In this document: in pieces, positions 27,588-37,372 of the stretch
Position numbering within the stretch: position 1 is the stretch's first letter
Layout of the letters: the number at the start of each line of letters is the position of its first letter
IMG/VR virus record: IMGVR_UViG_3300032214_000566
Location: 1 to 64,000 of that record
Source of the DNA: a virus
Length of the DNA: 64,000 nt
Strand: one strand, 5' to 3'
Notes under the pieces: generated by a model
Seen by the model: the letters and a program-made list of their open reading frames with translations, nothing else
Told to the model about the DNA's origin: nothing
The model's database searches: none
Made by a program: the position numbers and the translations under genes

Positions 27588-27938
27588 TTAGTAATTATAT
27601 CTTTCGTGAAATAGTTTATCAATTTCGGATGGTTTCATTCCTGAAATCTTCTCACCTTGTTCTTTATAATATTCTTTAACAATTACCTTTTGATTTTGAA
27701 CTTTATCTATAGTTGAGTCAATATGTCGTAATTCTTTTTTATAACCTTCTATCTGTTTATCTAATTTTTTTTGATTTTCAATTAACAAGTTAATGTCCTT
27801 ATCTAATTGTTCTAATTTATATTTATTCAACTCCGACATCTCAGGTTTTGGGGTTAACATAAAAATAATAAGGTATAATAAAACTATACCACCGATAATA
27901 CCAACAAAAAGTTTCCAATATTTTTTAATGAATTCCAT
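27588..27938 (-). CDS. N-terminal TM plus coiled-coil protein (i-spanin-like candidate)
   Basis: Topology, and position near the amidase-like gene. Confidence 0.55.
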   Translation of the reverse strand: MEFIKKYWKLFVGIIGGIVLLYLIIFMLTPKPEMSELNKYKLEQLDKDINLLIENQKKLDKQIEGYKKELRHIDSTIDKVQNQKVIVKEYYKEQGEKISGMKPSEIDKLFHERYNY

Positions 27939-27939
27939 A

Positions 27940-28476
27940 TTACTCCTCTTCAGTTTGTTTAGTTTTCTTTCTAAGTGATATCACTTTAGCCCATTTTGAT
28001 TTGAATTTTTCCTCAAAAGAAGTTAATTTACCTATAAGGTCAACCAAAGTTTGGTCTAATTTTATCATATCACCGTTGATGTATACTCCATTTTCTTCAC
28101 CAATTGAGTAGAAAAACTCAATGTCTGCGTCTAAAATTTTACCACTCCATTGTGCTGAATTTTCGTAAACATTTAACACCCCAAAGTCAGAAAGGTCCGA
28201 TACGTCAGTAACAAACTCATCCATAGTTTCCTGAAATGATTGTTTCTCATCTGTGGTCAACTGTAAATCTTTTTTATCTTTACCGTGAAGAGTTAATAAT
28301 CCACCAGATATTCTATATGTTTTACTTTTGTCTTTTTTAACCTCATCAGGGTTAATTTCTGTCTCATCATCTTCAATTCTATCTTCAATGCTTTTTGCCA
28401 AATTATTAACGGTAGCCTGTTCCATTAACATTTTAGATCTTTTAAGAAGTGATTTTATCTCGTCGTAACTATTCAT
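27940..28476 (-). CDS. Hypothetical protein
   Basis: ORF track; leader ending LMEQ. Confidence 0.7.
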   Translation of the reverse strand: MNSYDEIKSLLKRSKMLMEQATVNNLAKSIEDRIEDDETEINPDEVKKDKSKTYRISGGLLTLHGKDKKDLQLTTDEKQSFQETMDEFVTDVSDLSDFGVLNVYENSAQWSGKILDADIEFFYSIGEENGVYINGDMIKLDQTLVDLIGKLTSFEEKFKSKWAKVISLRKKTKQTEEE

Positions 28477-29084
28477 AATTTAATTAATTCTTGTAAAAGT
28501 TTAAAATCAAATGAAGGATTAACGTCTTTATTTGAAAAGTCAAAATTACTTTTAGAGACCACACCTTTAAAATTTTCAACACCATCCTGTTTAACATTAT
28601 TACCTAAACAGTTTTTAGGAATTTTAAATTCATCACAAAGTTCAACGATTAGTTTTGATAAACTTTTCATTTGTTCTTCATTGTATGGGTCCCAAAAAAA
28701 ATTATCTCTCCATTTTTTTTCGTAAACCTTTTGTTTATAAATATCACCAATCCAATTAACGTACGAATTTTCTAAAGGGTTTTTTTTCAACCACCCATAA
28801 TTCTCCATACAAATTATAATTGAGTACTTATCAACCATTTCGTCACACATAAATTTTGAGTATTTTTCTGGCGGAATAATCTTAAACACCTCACCCTCTT
28901 TATTAATTACGTAATTTGGTAAGTAAGGATTTTTTTTATTGTATCGGTATCTTAAAGAATTAATATAATCTCTATGATTTCTTTTTGTTTCCGCAAGAAT
29001 TATTTGTCTTTTTTTCTTATTTTCACCAAGAGAATTAAATTCTATTGATTCTGAAAGATTTTTGGTTTCCTTCTCTATTAACAT
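28473..29084 (-). CDS. N-acetylmuramoyl-L-alanine amidase (Amidase_2)-like protein, zinc ligands apparently degenerate
   Basis: IILAET...NYVINKEGEVF...SIIICMEN...YNEEQMKSLSKLI...KDVNPSFDF. Confidence 0.65.
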   Translation of the reverse strand: MLIEKETKNLSESIEFNSLGENKKKRQIILAETKRNHRDYINSLRYRYNKKNPYLPNYVINKEGEVFKIIPPEKYSKFMCDEMVDKYSIIICMENYGWLKKNPLENSYVNWIGDIYKQKVYEKKWRDNFFWDPYNEEQMKSLSKLIVELCDEFKIPKNCLGNNVKQDGVENFKGVVSKSNFDFSNKDVNPSFDFKLLQELIKL

Positions 29085-30186
29085 AGGATAGTCTTTTGGG
29101 TGGTGTAACCAATTCAGGTTCCGGTGTTATTGCTTCTTCAGTAATATCCTCAGGTACGGATTCCTCGACAACCTCCTCACCATTATTTACTTCTGTAACT
29201 TCTTCATTCTCCTTAGAGTTATTGTAATGTTGTTCTAAAAATTTTTCAAGTAAACTTAACTCTTCTTCAGTTGGTGAGATTGGTTTTTCCGTATTAATAA
29301 CTTCTTGTAGTTCTATTTTACCCGCTTCTTTACTTAATTCATCAATATCAACTTGGGGGGTGACTTGGGGGGTGTGATCTTCTTTTTTTCTACCGTTTTT
29401 AAACGCTTGATTAGTGGCAATCACCAATGTAATCGCAAGTGGGTCGAATACAAATATTAGAAGTAAGATGAATAAGTTAGCAACTTTTTTAACATCCCAT
29501 CCAGATATTTCACTTATGTATTTAATAGCTCCTAACTCACTCCCTTCAAGTTCTGCAGATTCCATATCAAGTATTTCTATATCCAATTTTGTGATACTAT
29601 CATTCATGCCATCAATACGAGTTGCAATTTTGTCTCTATTTTCTGTTGTGAGTTTTAATTGTTCTTCAAATGATTTACGATTGGCATTATTCGCCTTTGT
29701 GATAAGTTGACCTGTTTGTCTATCAACCGATTGTGTTGTAGTATTGTTAGATAACCCATCTCGTAATTTTGATATGTCCTTATCTAAAACGTCTTTTTCT
29801 TTTTGAAGTTCTAACTTAATTTCATCGAAACGGCCCTTTTTAACCTCAATGTTTTTAATTTTTTTGTTATTGATTTCAAGTTTTGCAATATTTCCCTGAA
29901 ACCCTGTACTTAATAAACCATATATTCCAAGTGAGGTTATTAACGATAAAGTAACGAGAGCAATTGTAAGGTATAGTTTTAAAACCCCATAGGTTACTTT
30001 CCATTTATCGTGTAAGTAAGTCGCAATTGCAATCTTTGATATCTCTAAGAAACTTCCCATAATGATTACAGGTAGGGCAACTCCGACAAACACGACAGAT
30101 AATCCAACAACACTATAATATGCGGCAGTTCCCGATAATCCAAGAGCGCAAAATAATAAAAACCAAGGTAAAAAATTTTCTTTCAT
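29035..30186 (-). CDS. Multi-TM coiled-coil phage membrane protein
   Basis: AAYYSVVGL...LEISK...GIYGLLS...IFVFDPLAI. Confidence 0.75.
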   Translation of the reverse strand: MKENFLPWFLLFCALGLSGTAAYYSVVGLSVVFVGVALPVIIMGSFLEISKIAIATYLHDKWKVTYGVLKLYLTIALVTLSLITSLGIYGLLSTGFQGNIAKLEINNKKIKNIEVKKGRFDEIKLELQKEKDVLDKDISKLRDGLSNNTTTQSVDRQTGQLITKANNANRKSFEEQLKLTTENRDKIATRIDGMNDSITKLDIEILDMESAELEGSELGAIKYISEISGWDVKKVANLFILLLIFVFDPLAITLVIATNQAFKNGRKKEDHTPQVTPQVDIDELSKEAGKIELQEVINTEKPISPTEEELSLLEKFLEQHYNNSKENEEVTEVNNGEEVVEESVPEDITEEAITPEPELVTPPKRLSYVNREGNQKSFRINRI

Positions 30187-30215
30187 ATTTCTAAACTATA
30201 GTAAATAAATAGTGA

Positions 30216-30752
30216 TTATAAATAAATAACTAATATACTATTGTCTTTACGGGATTCTAATCTAACTCTTGTTGATTTTTTTTCTTCATCTTCAGTTTTC
30301 AAAAACTGACCGTCTTTTGAAAATGCTGAAGTTATTATATAGAAAAAATTACCTTCTTTTTTTAATAACACTTCAATGTAAGAAAAAACATCATTATCTT
30401 CATTATCTTTTCTTTTTTTTACAAATATGATTTGTTTGTTTTCGGGATTTTCATCTTCAAAAGAATAATAAATTTTCATTAAATTACTTTCAAAAAAATC
30501 CTTTACCATCATATCAGGAACTGCAATTCTTGGTGGTTTTTGAAACTTAGACCTTCTGGTTTCTAAATATTCATTGTACATATCAACCAAATCATCATAG
30601 CTTTGGTTTCCAAATCTTTCAACTCGTTGGTGTTTTGTTGATAACAACTGAATCAACTTTTTATCAATGATATTAGAAAATAAAACTGTAGGTCTGTATT
30701 GTTTACCTCGATTCTCCAATATAACTTTTGTTAGTTGATTTAATAGTTTCAT
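30216..30752 (-). CDS. Hypothetical protein (MKLLNQLTKVILE leader)
   Basis: Start moved downstream of the terminator at 30766-30794 and TATTTATA at 30757. Confidence 0.7.
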   Translation of the reverse strand: MKLLNQLTKVILENRGKQYRPTVLFSNIIDKKLIQLLSTKHQRVERFGNQSYDDLVDMYNEYLETRRSKFQKPPRIAVPDMMVKDFFESNLMKIYYSFEDENPENKQIIFVKKRKDNEDNDVFSYIEVLLKKEGNFFYIITSAFSKDGQFLKTEDEEKKSTRVRLESRKDNSILVIYL

Positions 30753-30765
30753 ATTATATAAATAC

Positions 30766-30903
30766 AAAAAGGGTGAGAAAACTCCCACCCTTTTAATTTT
30801 TCCGTATCGATTTGAGGATTTTAAACCCGACACACTAACCGCGGTGTCACGACGACTTACGACCCAAGGAGTAAGCTTCCCGTTCTTTGTGTTAATCACA
30901 TTG
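30766..30903 (-). ncRNA. Putative small structured RNA with its own promoter and terminator
   Basis: TATATTTG at 30910-30917; hairpins GCTTAC/GTAAGT and GACAC/GTGTC; terminator AAAAGGGTGGGAG...CTCACCCTTTTT. Confidence 0.55.
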
Positions 30904-30947
30904 ACAATACAAATATATATATTTTATTTGAATTACCAAAACTATTA

Positions 30948-31763
30948 TCACATATATTCAAACAAATCTGAACATTCATTTCTTAATTTACGAAGTGCCT
31001 TTTCTTTAATCTGACGAACACGTTCTTTTGTTAAGGAAAAATCGGAACCAATATCTTCCAATGTACGTGGTGTGCCGGTAATTCCATAGTAATCTTCTAC
31101 TATCATACGTTCTCTCTCGTCAAGGACCGACATAATCCCCATCATTTTTTCTTTTAATACGTCCTGTGTTGAGAATACTTCGTCGGGTGATTCGACATTT
31201 TCATTTTTAATGATGTCAATTAGTGTGTCTCCGTCTTCATTGATGTGCATATCCAAGTCAATCATTCTTGGTAGGTTTGCGAATTTGTCTGACAAATCTT
31301 TGCTCGTCTTTTCATTTTCACGTTTTTCTTTTTGCATGTCTTGTACAACGTTGACCGGGAGACGGATGGTACGTGAATTATCATTTAATGATTGTAAAAT
31401 AGATTGTTTAATCCACCAAACAGCATATGAAATAAATCTGTTTTTCTTTGACCAATCAAAGTTCTTAATGGCCTTCATCAAACCAAAATTACCTTCAGCA
31501 ATTAAGTCTGATAAATCAACTCCTTGATTTTGGTATTTTTTAGCAACTGTAATAACGAAACGTAGGTTACCTTCTAACATTTCTTTCTGAATCGCATCGA
31601 TTTCTCTTTGTGAGCAATCTTCCGATATGATTCTTTCAGCTAACACCTTTTCTCTTTCAGGTGTCATAACTTTTAATTTTCTAATATCCTTTAAATAAAT
31701 TTGAATTTCATCCTGATTTAAAGGGTTAGTTGATTTGATTTCCTCCATTTTTTCTCGTTCCAT
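30948..31763 (-). CDS. RNA polymerase sigma-70 factor, Bacteroidota RpoD-like (no region 1.1)
   Basis: YLKDI, NLRFVITVAKKYQNQG, DLIAEGNFGL, FISYAVWWIKQSI, RTIRLP, TLEDIG...LTKERVRQIKEKALRKLR. Confidence 0.95.
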   Translation of the reverse strand: MEREKMEEIKSTNPLNQDEIQIYLKDIRKLKVMTPEREKVLAERIISEDCSQREIDAIQKEMLEGNLRFVITVAKKYQNQGVDLSDLIAEGNFGLMKAIKNFDWSKKNRFISYAVWWIKQSILQSLNDNSRTIRLPVNVVQDMQKEKRENEKTSKDLSDKFANLPRMIDLDMHINEDGDTLIDIIKNENVESPDEVFSTQDVLKEKMMGIMSVLDERERMIVEDYYGITGTPRTLEDIGSDFSLTKERVRQIKEKALRKLRNECSDLFEYM

Positions 31764-32325
31764 AATTGTCTAAAATTTGTTTTTCTCTTTCTGTTAATGA
31801 CTCTACTCCTTCTTCTGATATTCTATCTAATATTTCATCTACACTAGGTTCTTTTTGTTTTTCTTCCTCTTTTTTAAAAAAGTTTGGATCCATAATTGGA
31901 AATAACATATGAAACATGTTATCCATTTCTTTTTTATTTGTTTTTACACTTATCTCATTTATCTCTATACTTCCAGTCTTATTCTCTGTTTTTTCTCCGT
32001 CAATATTTAAAAATTCTTTCTTAAGTTTTCTGTCCATTTTGATATCAAAACTTTCACCAACCTCAACTAAAAAATATTGTTCGGTGATATCATTTAATAC
32101 CATATCAACATACTCTTTTAAATTAAAGAACGTCTCTCCACTTCTAAAATGACATACCATACCAAATTCTCCGTAGTTAAACTTTAAAAACTTTGAGCTT
32201 ACGACACTTATTAATTGATACGAGATTTCATCCGCGAAGGTTTCAGTTAAGGAAAAATCACCAAACAAAAATAACATATATCTTTTATCTAATGACTCCA
32301 TTTTTTCTTTATTCTCTCTTCCCAT
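31726..32325 (-). CDS. Hypothetical protein with C-terminal DUF6576-like motif
   Basis: VDEILDRISEEGVESLTEREKQIL. Confidence 0.7.
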   Translation of the reverse strand: MGRENKEKMESLDKRYMLFLFGDFSLTETFADEISYQLISVVSSKFLKFNYGEFGMVCHFRSGETFFNLKEYVDMVLNDITEQYFLVEVGESFDIKMDRKLKKEFLNIDGEKTENKTGSIEINEISVKTNKKEMDNMFHMLFPIMDPNFFKKEEEKQKEPSVDEILDRISEEGVESLTEREKQILDNYGTRKNGGNQIN

Positions 32326-32364
32326 AAATATTTCTTAAAACTGTTTTACAAATATAATATAAAT

Positions 32365-32892
32365 TTAAATACCTATGTGGCTAATTGGGAATTTGTCGAA
32401 ATAATATTTAAACCCTTCTCTATCTAAGTATTTTTTTACGGTGTCGTATTTTTTTTTTAGGAACCAATCACTAAGTAAGTAGAAATAATCAATATCATAA
32501 CCCAAACCTTCACATAATGTTGTCAAAACATAGTGTTTGTAATGTGCGGTCTCAATTTTTTCGTCAGCCGATCCAGGCCCCTTTTGAAATTTGTCATCAC
32601 CAAAATAAATTTTATTTGTTTGGTAATTTACAAAAACTACATCAGGTAATAATTGTTTTGAAATCCTATCTTTCCAATTAATCCCCTTTGGTGTTAAAAA
32701 TTTTTTATAGAACGAGTGTTTTGGGCAGTATAATCCGATTAAAGTCCCATTTTTAAAAACTTCATTATTTTTGTTTACCTCCACACCATCAACATTTTCA
32801 AGTGCACTTAATAAATTCATTTTTTTTTCAAATGCTAAACCATTTTTGTTTGTATTTGAACCTCCTCCGTGTTTATTTCCTTTTCTTCCCAT
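32365..32892 (-). CDS. PD-(D/E)xK nuclease, putative restriction endonuclease
   Basis: NGLAFE...LLPD...DDKFQ...GSADEK. Confidence 0.7.
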   Translation of the reverse strand: MGRKGNKHGGGSNTNKNGLAFEKKMNLLSALENVDGVEVNKNNEVFKNGTLIGLYCPKHSFYKKFLTPKGINWKDRISKQLLPDVVFVNYQTNKIYFGDDKFQKGPGSADEKIETAHYKHYVLTTLCEGLGYDIDYFYLLSDWFLKKKYDTVKKYLDREGFKYYFDKFPISHIGI

Positions 32893-32917
32893 AACACTAC
32901 AAAGATAATGAACATTA

Positions 32918-33727
32918 TTAACTTCCCAAAGAATCTGACGTAATTTTTATTCTTTCATTACATATATCCACATATTCTTTTGAAATTTCACTACCAATAT
33001 AGTCCCTATTCATTAAAATACACATTTTAGCAACAGTGCCAGAACCAATAAATGGGTCATATATTAAATCCCCTTCATTGGTCCACGTATTAATGTGGTC
33101 CCTAACCAACTCTTCAGGAAAAATCGCTGGATGTTTATGTGCTATCTTATCTTTAGATGCGAATCCACCACCATTAACGTACCTCCAAATATTATTTCTA
33201 GGACTAAAATCAGGAACAGGTTTAATATTACCAACCTCAACTAATTGCTCGTTTTCACCAATACGTTTAGTATTTTTACCCCAATTTGTATGACCTGCCC
33301 ATTTATTTGGTTTATCACAAATAAGATTTGCAGTTTTAGGTTTTCCTTTAGAAAAGACAAACATATACTCAAATATTTGAGTGTACCGATTACTCTTAGC
33401 ACTTGATGGATATGAACTTGAATTTTTTTCATATATCATAGTGTCATGTAATAAAAATCCAGCATCCATAAATTTTAACGCTTGTCTAAAACTAGTACCA
33501 CTCTCGGACCCTTTAATTACTTGGTCATTTACAACCCAAACAACCACACCACCTTTCTTTGTGGTGCGGTAAAGTTCAGGTGCTAATTTATCTATATCAA
33601 ATGAAAATCCATTATACTTTCTAATGTCATCATAGGGTGGTGATGTTATCACCATATCGTAATAATCATCAGACATTTTAGATAAAGTTTCTAAATTATC
33701 TTCCAAATATATATTATTTTTTTCCAT
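32918..33727 (-). CDS. DNA methyltransferase, N4-C/N6-A beta class
   Basis: ITSPPY, HPAIFP, IYDPFIGSGT. Confidence 0.92.
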   Translation of the reverse strand: MEKNNIYLEDNLETLSKMSDDYYDMVITSPPYDDIRKYNGFSFDIDKLAPELYRTTKKGGVVVWVVNDQVIKGSESGTSFRQALKFMDAGFLLHDTMIYEKNSSSYPSSAKSNRYTQIFEYMFVFSKGKPKTANLICDKPNKWAGHTNWGKNTKRIGENEQLVEVGNIKPVPDFSPRNNIWRYVNGGGFASKDKIAHKHPAIFPEELVRDHINTWTNEGDLIYDPFIGSGTVAKMCILMNRDYIGSEISKEYVDICNERIKITSDSLGS

Positions 33728-33749
33728 ACTTAATTATAGGTGATAGTCA

Positions 33750-36155
33750 CTAACTAATCAATTTCGATATGTTATTTTCTTTTGTGATTTTAACAGTTGA
33801 GTCAGCCCATTGCGAAACTAAAGGCGAGTGGGTTATAACAAAGATTTTTTCAAAATATTCTTTAATCTTAACAAAGAACTCATAAACCATATCCAAGTTA
33901 TCGTTACTTATTTTTCCAAATACCTCATCAAAAACGATCACATTTGGTTTTGGTAAACTACATATCTTACTTAGTACTGAACGTAATGCCAACGACGCTA
34001 TTGTTTTCTCATAACCACTACCAGAAACCATTAGTTTTTCTACACCACTACTATTATCAACCATCATGAATTCAACCTCATTCTTATCGTTAATTCTAAT
34101 TTCTAATTTGAAGTAACAAGAATCCTCCATCAATCTTTGTAATTCAGAGTTTATTAATGGCATCATGGTTTTCATTATAATTTTAGAAACACCGTTCTTA
34201 CCATAAGCCTCCAAATAAATTTTATAAATCTTTTCTTTTTCCTCCTCCTCTTTGATCTTAACAATTAATTTTTCATTATTTGTTATCTTTTCTTCTTTAG
34301 ATTTAATCTCATACTCGTTGGCAGATATTACATTGTTTTTGGTTCTTTTCAAGTTATCCAATTCATCTAATCTTAAATCAGCCTTAATTAACATGGAATC
34401 AATTTGTTGATTCTGTTTAATCTTATCTTGAATCTCTTCGTATCGTTTTAACTTATCTTTTAATGCTCCGATTTTTAAATCACACGACTCGATTGATAAC
34501 TCATATTTTTCTTTGATTAATTTGTTTTTTTCATATTCATCAAATTCTTTTTTAAGTTGTACGAACGATTGTTCTTTGTTGGATAAAACCGTCATTAACC
34601 CTTCTTTTTCATCTTTCTGTTGGGTATATCCATCAAGTTCAGCTATTTTAGCATTTGTAATTGCCGCATTCATTAACTCGATACCACAGTGTTCACACTT
34701 GATTCCACCTTCAACAGATGACTTCAATTTTTTAATAGATGATATTTCAGTATCAATTCTAACAACGTCTTTGTAGACTTCATTATACTCTTCTTTAATC
34801 TTGTCGTGTTCTTCTTCTTTATAAAATTCAGAAGGTTCAACAACTTTCAATTCATTAATTTTCGAAATAAAACCAGATTTATTATACTCAATACCTTTAA
34901 TTTCTTCTTCGGTGTTCGTTGGGTTAAGTACCGCAATTTCTTGGTCAATATCGGAATGTTTTTTCTTTAACATATCGTCACGATATTCTTTCCCTTTTAA
35001 AATCTTTTCATCGATATCAGTTAACTCTTGTTTAACCTCATCAATTTGGGTGTTTAACTCTACAATCTTATTTTTTAAATCTTCATTATCCCCCTTTAAT
35101 TGTTCAGAAGAATAAACGTTAGACATCTTTGATTTTGAAAATTCAGAATAAACTTCTTTCGCAGTTTCCTCTTTAGTTTTTAAAAACTCTAATCCCATGA
35201 ATCTCGATAATACCTGACCTCTCGCTGTTGGTTTTGCCTCTAACAATTCTTCAAGGTTTGTTGCAGTTGTTAAGATTGTCATTAGGAAGTCCTCTTTGGT
35301 ACCAATAGACGTTTTAATGAACGCTTCAGTCTCTCTTCGTTGTTCTCCTTGAAAGTTCTGTAAACTACCGTCAGACAACTTCTTAAAGAAGTCTAATTCA
35401 GTTTTAACGTTCCAATCACCCTTTTTGGATAACTTTCTTTCAATCGTTCTAATGATAATATAATCCTCACCATCGATTGTTACTTCACCTTTTACAGTTA
35501 CTTTGTTTTTGTCCGTAAATCTGTTGAATATCTCTTCCGCCTTTGTAGTTTTAGTCGTTTCATTAAAGAAAAGAAACATTAATAAATCTACCGATAATAC
35601 TGTCTTACCACCAAAGTTTGGTGGGTTGGATTCAATAACAACAATACCATTAAGATTATCAAAATCCAATCTTTGGTTTTCGCCATATGATAAGAAATTG
35701 GAAAATTCTATGTTTCTGATATACCACTTTTTAAATTGTGTTGATTCTTCTTGTTTTTCGAGCATTTTATTTTCAACCATACGGTTGATAGATAAAATAT
35801 TTTCGTGATAGTTCTCATAACCTTTAGATTCTAAAAACTTTTTAAGAAGGTCTAATTGGTAGTTTGCATCTGAAATGTTTACAGACACATCAATGCTTTG
35901 CATCGTGTCTTTTTCGACATTCTTTACTTTTGTCAAGACATTAACATTAGTAGTATTATACTTCTTTTGGAAGTAATGTTTCACACTTTTGATTTTGTCT
36001 TGTGTGAAATTTTCAGGCAAATCTTCCCACACAACCTGAACAGTTGGGTTTTCAAATTTAGAAAAATCCAATTCTTTAATCATAATTTCGTAGTTAAATG
36101 GTTTACTCTCCTTGAACAGATCCAACTGGTTCTGCGGTATCTTCAGATACTTCAT
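33750..36155 (-). CDS. sbcC: SbcC/Rad50/gp46-like recombination ATPase with N-terminal extension
   Basis: NFLSYG, atypical Walker A SNPPNFGGKT, CEHC zinc hook, SGYE signature, FDEVFG, ITH. Confidence 0.9.
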   Translation of the reverse strand: MKYLKIPQNQLDLFKESKPFNYEIMIKELDFSKFENPTVQVVWEDLPENFTQDKIKSVKHYFQKKYNTTNVNVLTKVKNVEKDTMQSIDVSVNISDANYQLDLLKKFLESKGYENYHENILSINRMVENKMLEKQEESTQFKKWYIRNIEFSNFLSYGENQRLDFDNLNGIVVIESNPPNFGGKTVLSVDLLMFLFFNETTKTTKAEEIFNRFTDKNKVTVKGEVTIDGEDYIIIRTIERKLSKKGDWNVKTELDFFKKLSDGSLQNFQGEQRRETEAFIKTSIGTKEDFLMTILTTATNLEELLEAKPTARGQVLSRFMGLEFLKTKEETAKEVYSEFSKSKMSNVYSSEQLKGDNEDLKNKIVELNTQIDEVKQELTDIDEKILKGKEYRDDMLKKKHSDIDQEIAVLNPTNTEEEIKGIEYNKSGFISKINELKVVEPSEFYKEEEHDKIKEEYNEVYKDVVRIDTEISSIKKLKSSVEGGIKCEHCGIELMNAAITNAKIAELDGYTQQKDEKEGLMTVLSNKEQSFVQLKKEFDEYEKNKLIKEKYELSIESCDLKIGALKDKLKRYEEIQDKIKQNQQIDSMLIKADLRLDELDNLKRTKNNVISANEYEIKSKEEKITNNEKLIVKIKEEEEKEKIYKIYLEAYGKNGVSKIIMKTMMPLINSELQRLMEDSCYFKLEIRINDKNEVEFMMVDNSSGVEKLMVSGSGYEKTIASLALRSVLSKICSLPKPNVIVFDEVFGKISNDNLDMVYEFFVKIKEYFEKIFVITHSPLVSQWADSTVKITKENNISKLIS

Positions 36156-36342
36156 TAGTTACTGTTTCTTCAACAACATTATTTTCTGTTTCTGCAGACA
36201 TTTTAGAAAACTCTTCTCGTAATTTTTCCATTTGTTCTGTCATAGCCTCATTCCACTGTTTAGAAATAAAGTTTTTTTCTTGTTGTAATCTTCTGTTTCT
36301 TTTTTCCACTTTTGCTCTATGAGCCTTTGCTGCTTTTCCCAT
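36103..36342 (-). CDS. Hypothetical protein
   Basis: ORF track. Confidence 0.6.
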   Translation of the reverse strand: MGKAAKAHRAKVEKRNRRLQQEKNFISKQWNEAMTEQMEKLREEFSKMSAETENNVVEETVTNEVSEDTAEPVGSVQGE

Positions 36343-36356
36343 TTTATTATTATTTG

Positions 36357-36710
36357 TTATTTATTACTCGGTCTATTTTCTTCGAACCACTCTATTATCG
36401 CATTGATTCCCCATACAAATCCAGCACTTAACATTCCATCATAAAATACTGATAAAAATTTATTAAGTCCAATAAACTCAGTGTTTGGTGAAAAATAAGC
36501 CAAAGATAAAAAGAATCCGACCCATGTTGATGTACATAACATACATTTAATTAATGATGACACAAACGAAAACACGGGAGTTAATAAAAATAACCCAACC
36601 CCTGGTTGTGCGTTTTTGTGTATCCAATTTCTCAATCCATTAAAAATTGATCCATATACTAAAATTGTCGTCATTCCATAGGCTACGACTGCCCAAATTA
36701 ATAAATTCAT
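36357..36710 (-). CDS. DUF1360-like membrane protein
   Basis: LIKCMLCTSTWVG motif between TM helices. Confidence 0.65.
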   Translation of the reverse strand: MNLLIWAVVAYGMTTILVYGSIFNGLRNWIHKNAQPGVGLFLLTPVFSFVSSLIKCMLCTSTWVGFFLSLAYFSPNTEFIGLNKFLSVFYDGMLSAGFVWGINAIIEWFEENRPSNK

Positions 36711-36712
36711 AA

Positions 36713-37372
36713 TTATCTGTATAAATCATCGTTTAGGTTAGAACCTCCATGAAACCTAGCCTTCGTTGTATCCACCGGTTTATTTTGTTCTAACAATTGT
36801 TTATTTAATTCTTCGTTTTTGTTTTTTAAATCCCTAATCTCAGACATTAAATTTTGGATAGTTTGTTGTAACATATTTAGCTTATTATTTGTTACAGGTA
36901 TATCTAAAGTTCGTCTAAGTTCATCTAGTTCAACATCCTTTTTAGCTATTCTATTTTGGAAAATATTTTCCATTTCTAAGGTTTTAGTGGAAAATTCTTC
37001 TCTAATTATACCGATTTCGGTCGTTTTAGTAGAAATCTCTTGGTCCAACTGTTGTATTTTTAACAACAACTCATTTAGTTGAGTATCATCAGAGGTATAG
37101 ATTATTTTCTCAACCTCCTTTATAACTTCAACAGGAACTTCCTTAATAATCTCAACTATTTTCTCAACCTCTTTGATGACTTCAACAGGAACTTCCACAG
37201 TAACTTCCCCTCTAACTTCCCCACCTAATAGACCGTACTTCTTAATATTAAATCCTTCTTGGAAACACTTATACATAAACTCATCGATATTTTCAATATC
37301 ATTTAGTTTACAATATTCGGTCACAGATTGTATTGTACTATTATTAAAGATTTTTGAGTCTTTCTGTTCCAT
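36713..37372 (-). CDS. Coiled-coil protein with VEVIKEV repeats
   Basis: EVPVEVIKEVEKI repeated; start moved to MEQKDS. Confidence 0.7.
   Translation of the reverse strand: MEQKDSKIFNNSTIQSVTEYCKLNDIENIDEFMYKCFQEGFNIKKYGLLGGEVRGEVTVEVPVEVIKEVEKIVEIIKEVPVEVIKEVEKIIYTSDDTQLNELLLKIQQLDQEISTKTTEIGIIREEFSTKTLEMENIFQNRIAKKDVELDELRRTLDIPVTNNKLNMLQQTIQNLMSEIRDLKNKNEELNKQLLEQNKPVDTTKARFHGGSNLNDDLYR

Noticed and set aside
29350-29374. Tandem ACTTGGGGGGTG duplication
   Set aside because: It is an in-frame 12-nt duplication (TPQV twice) in a low-complexity linker, with no evidence of a phase-variation role.
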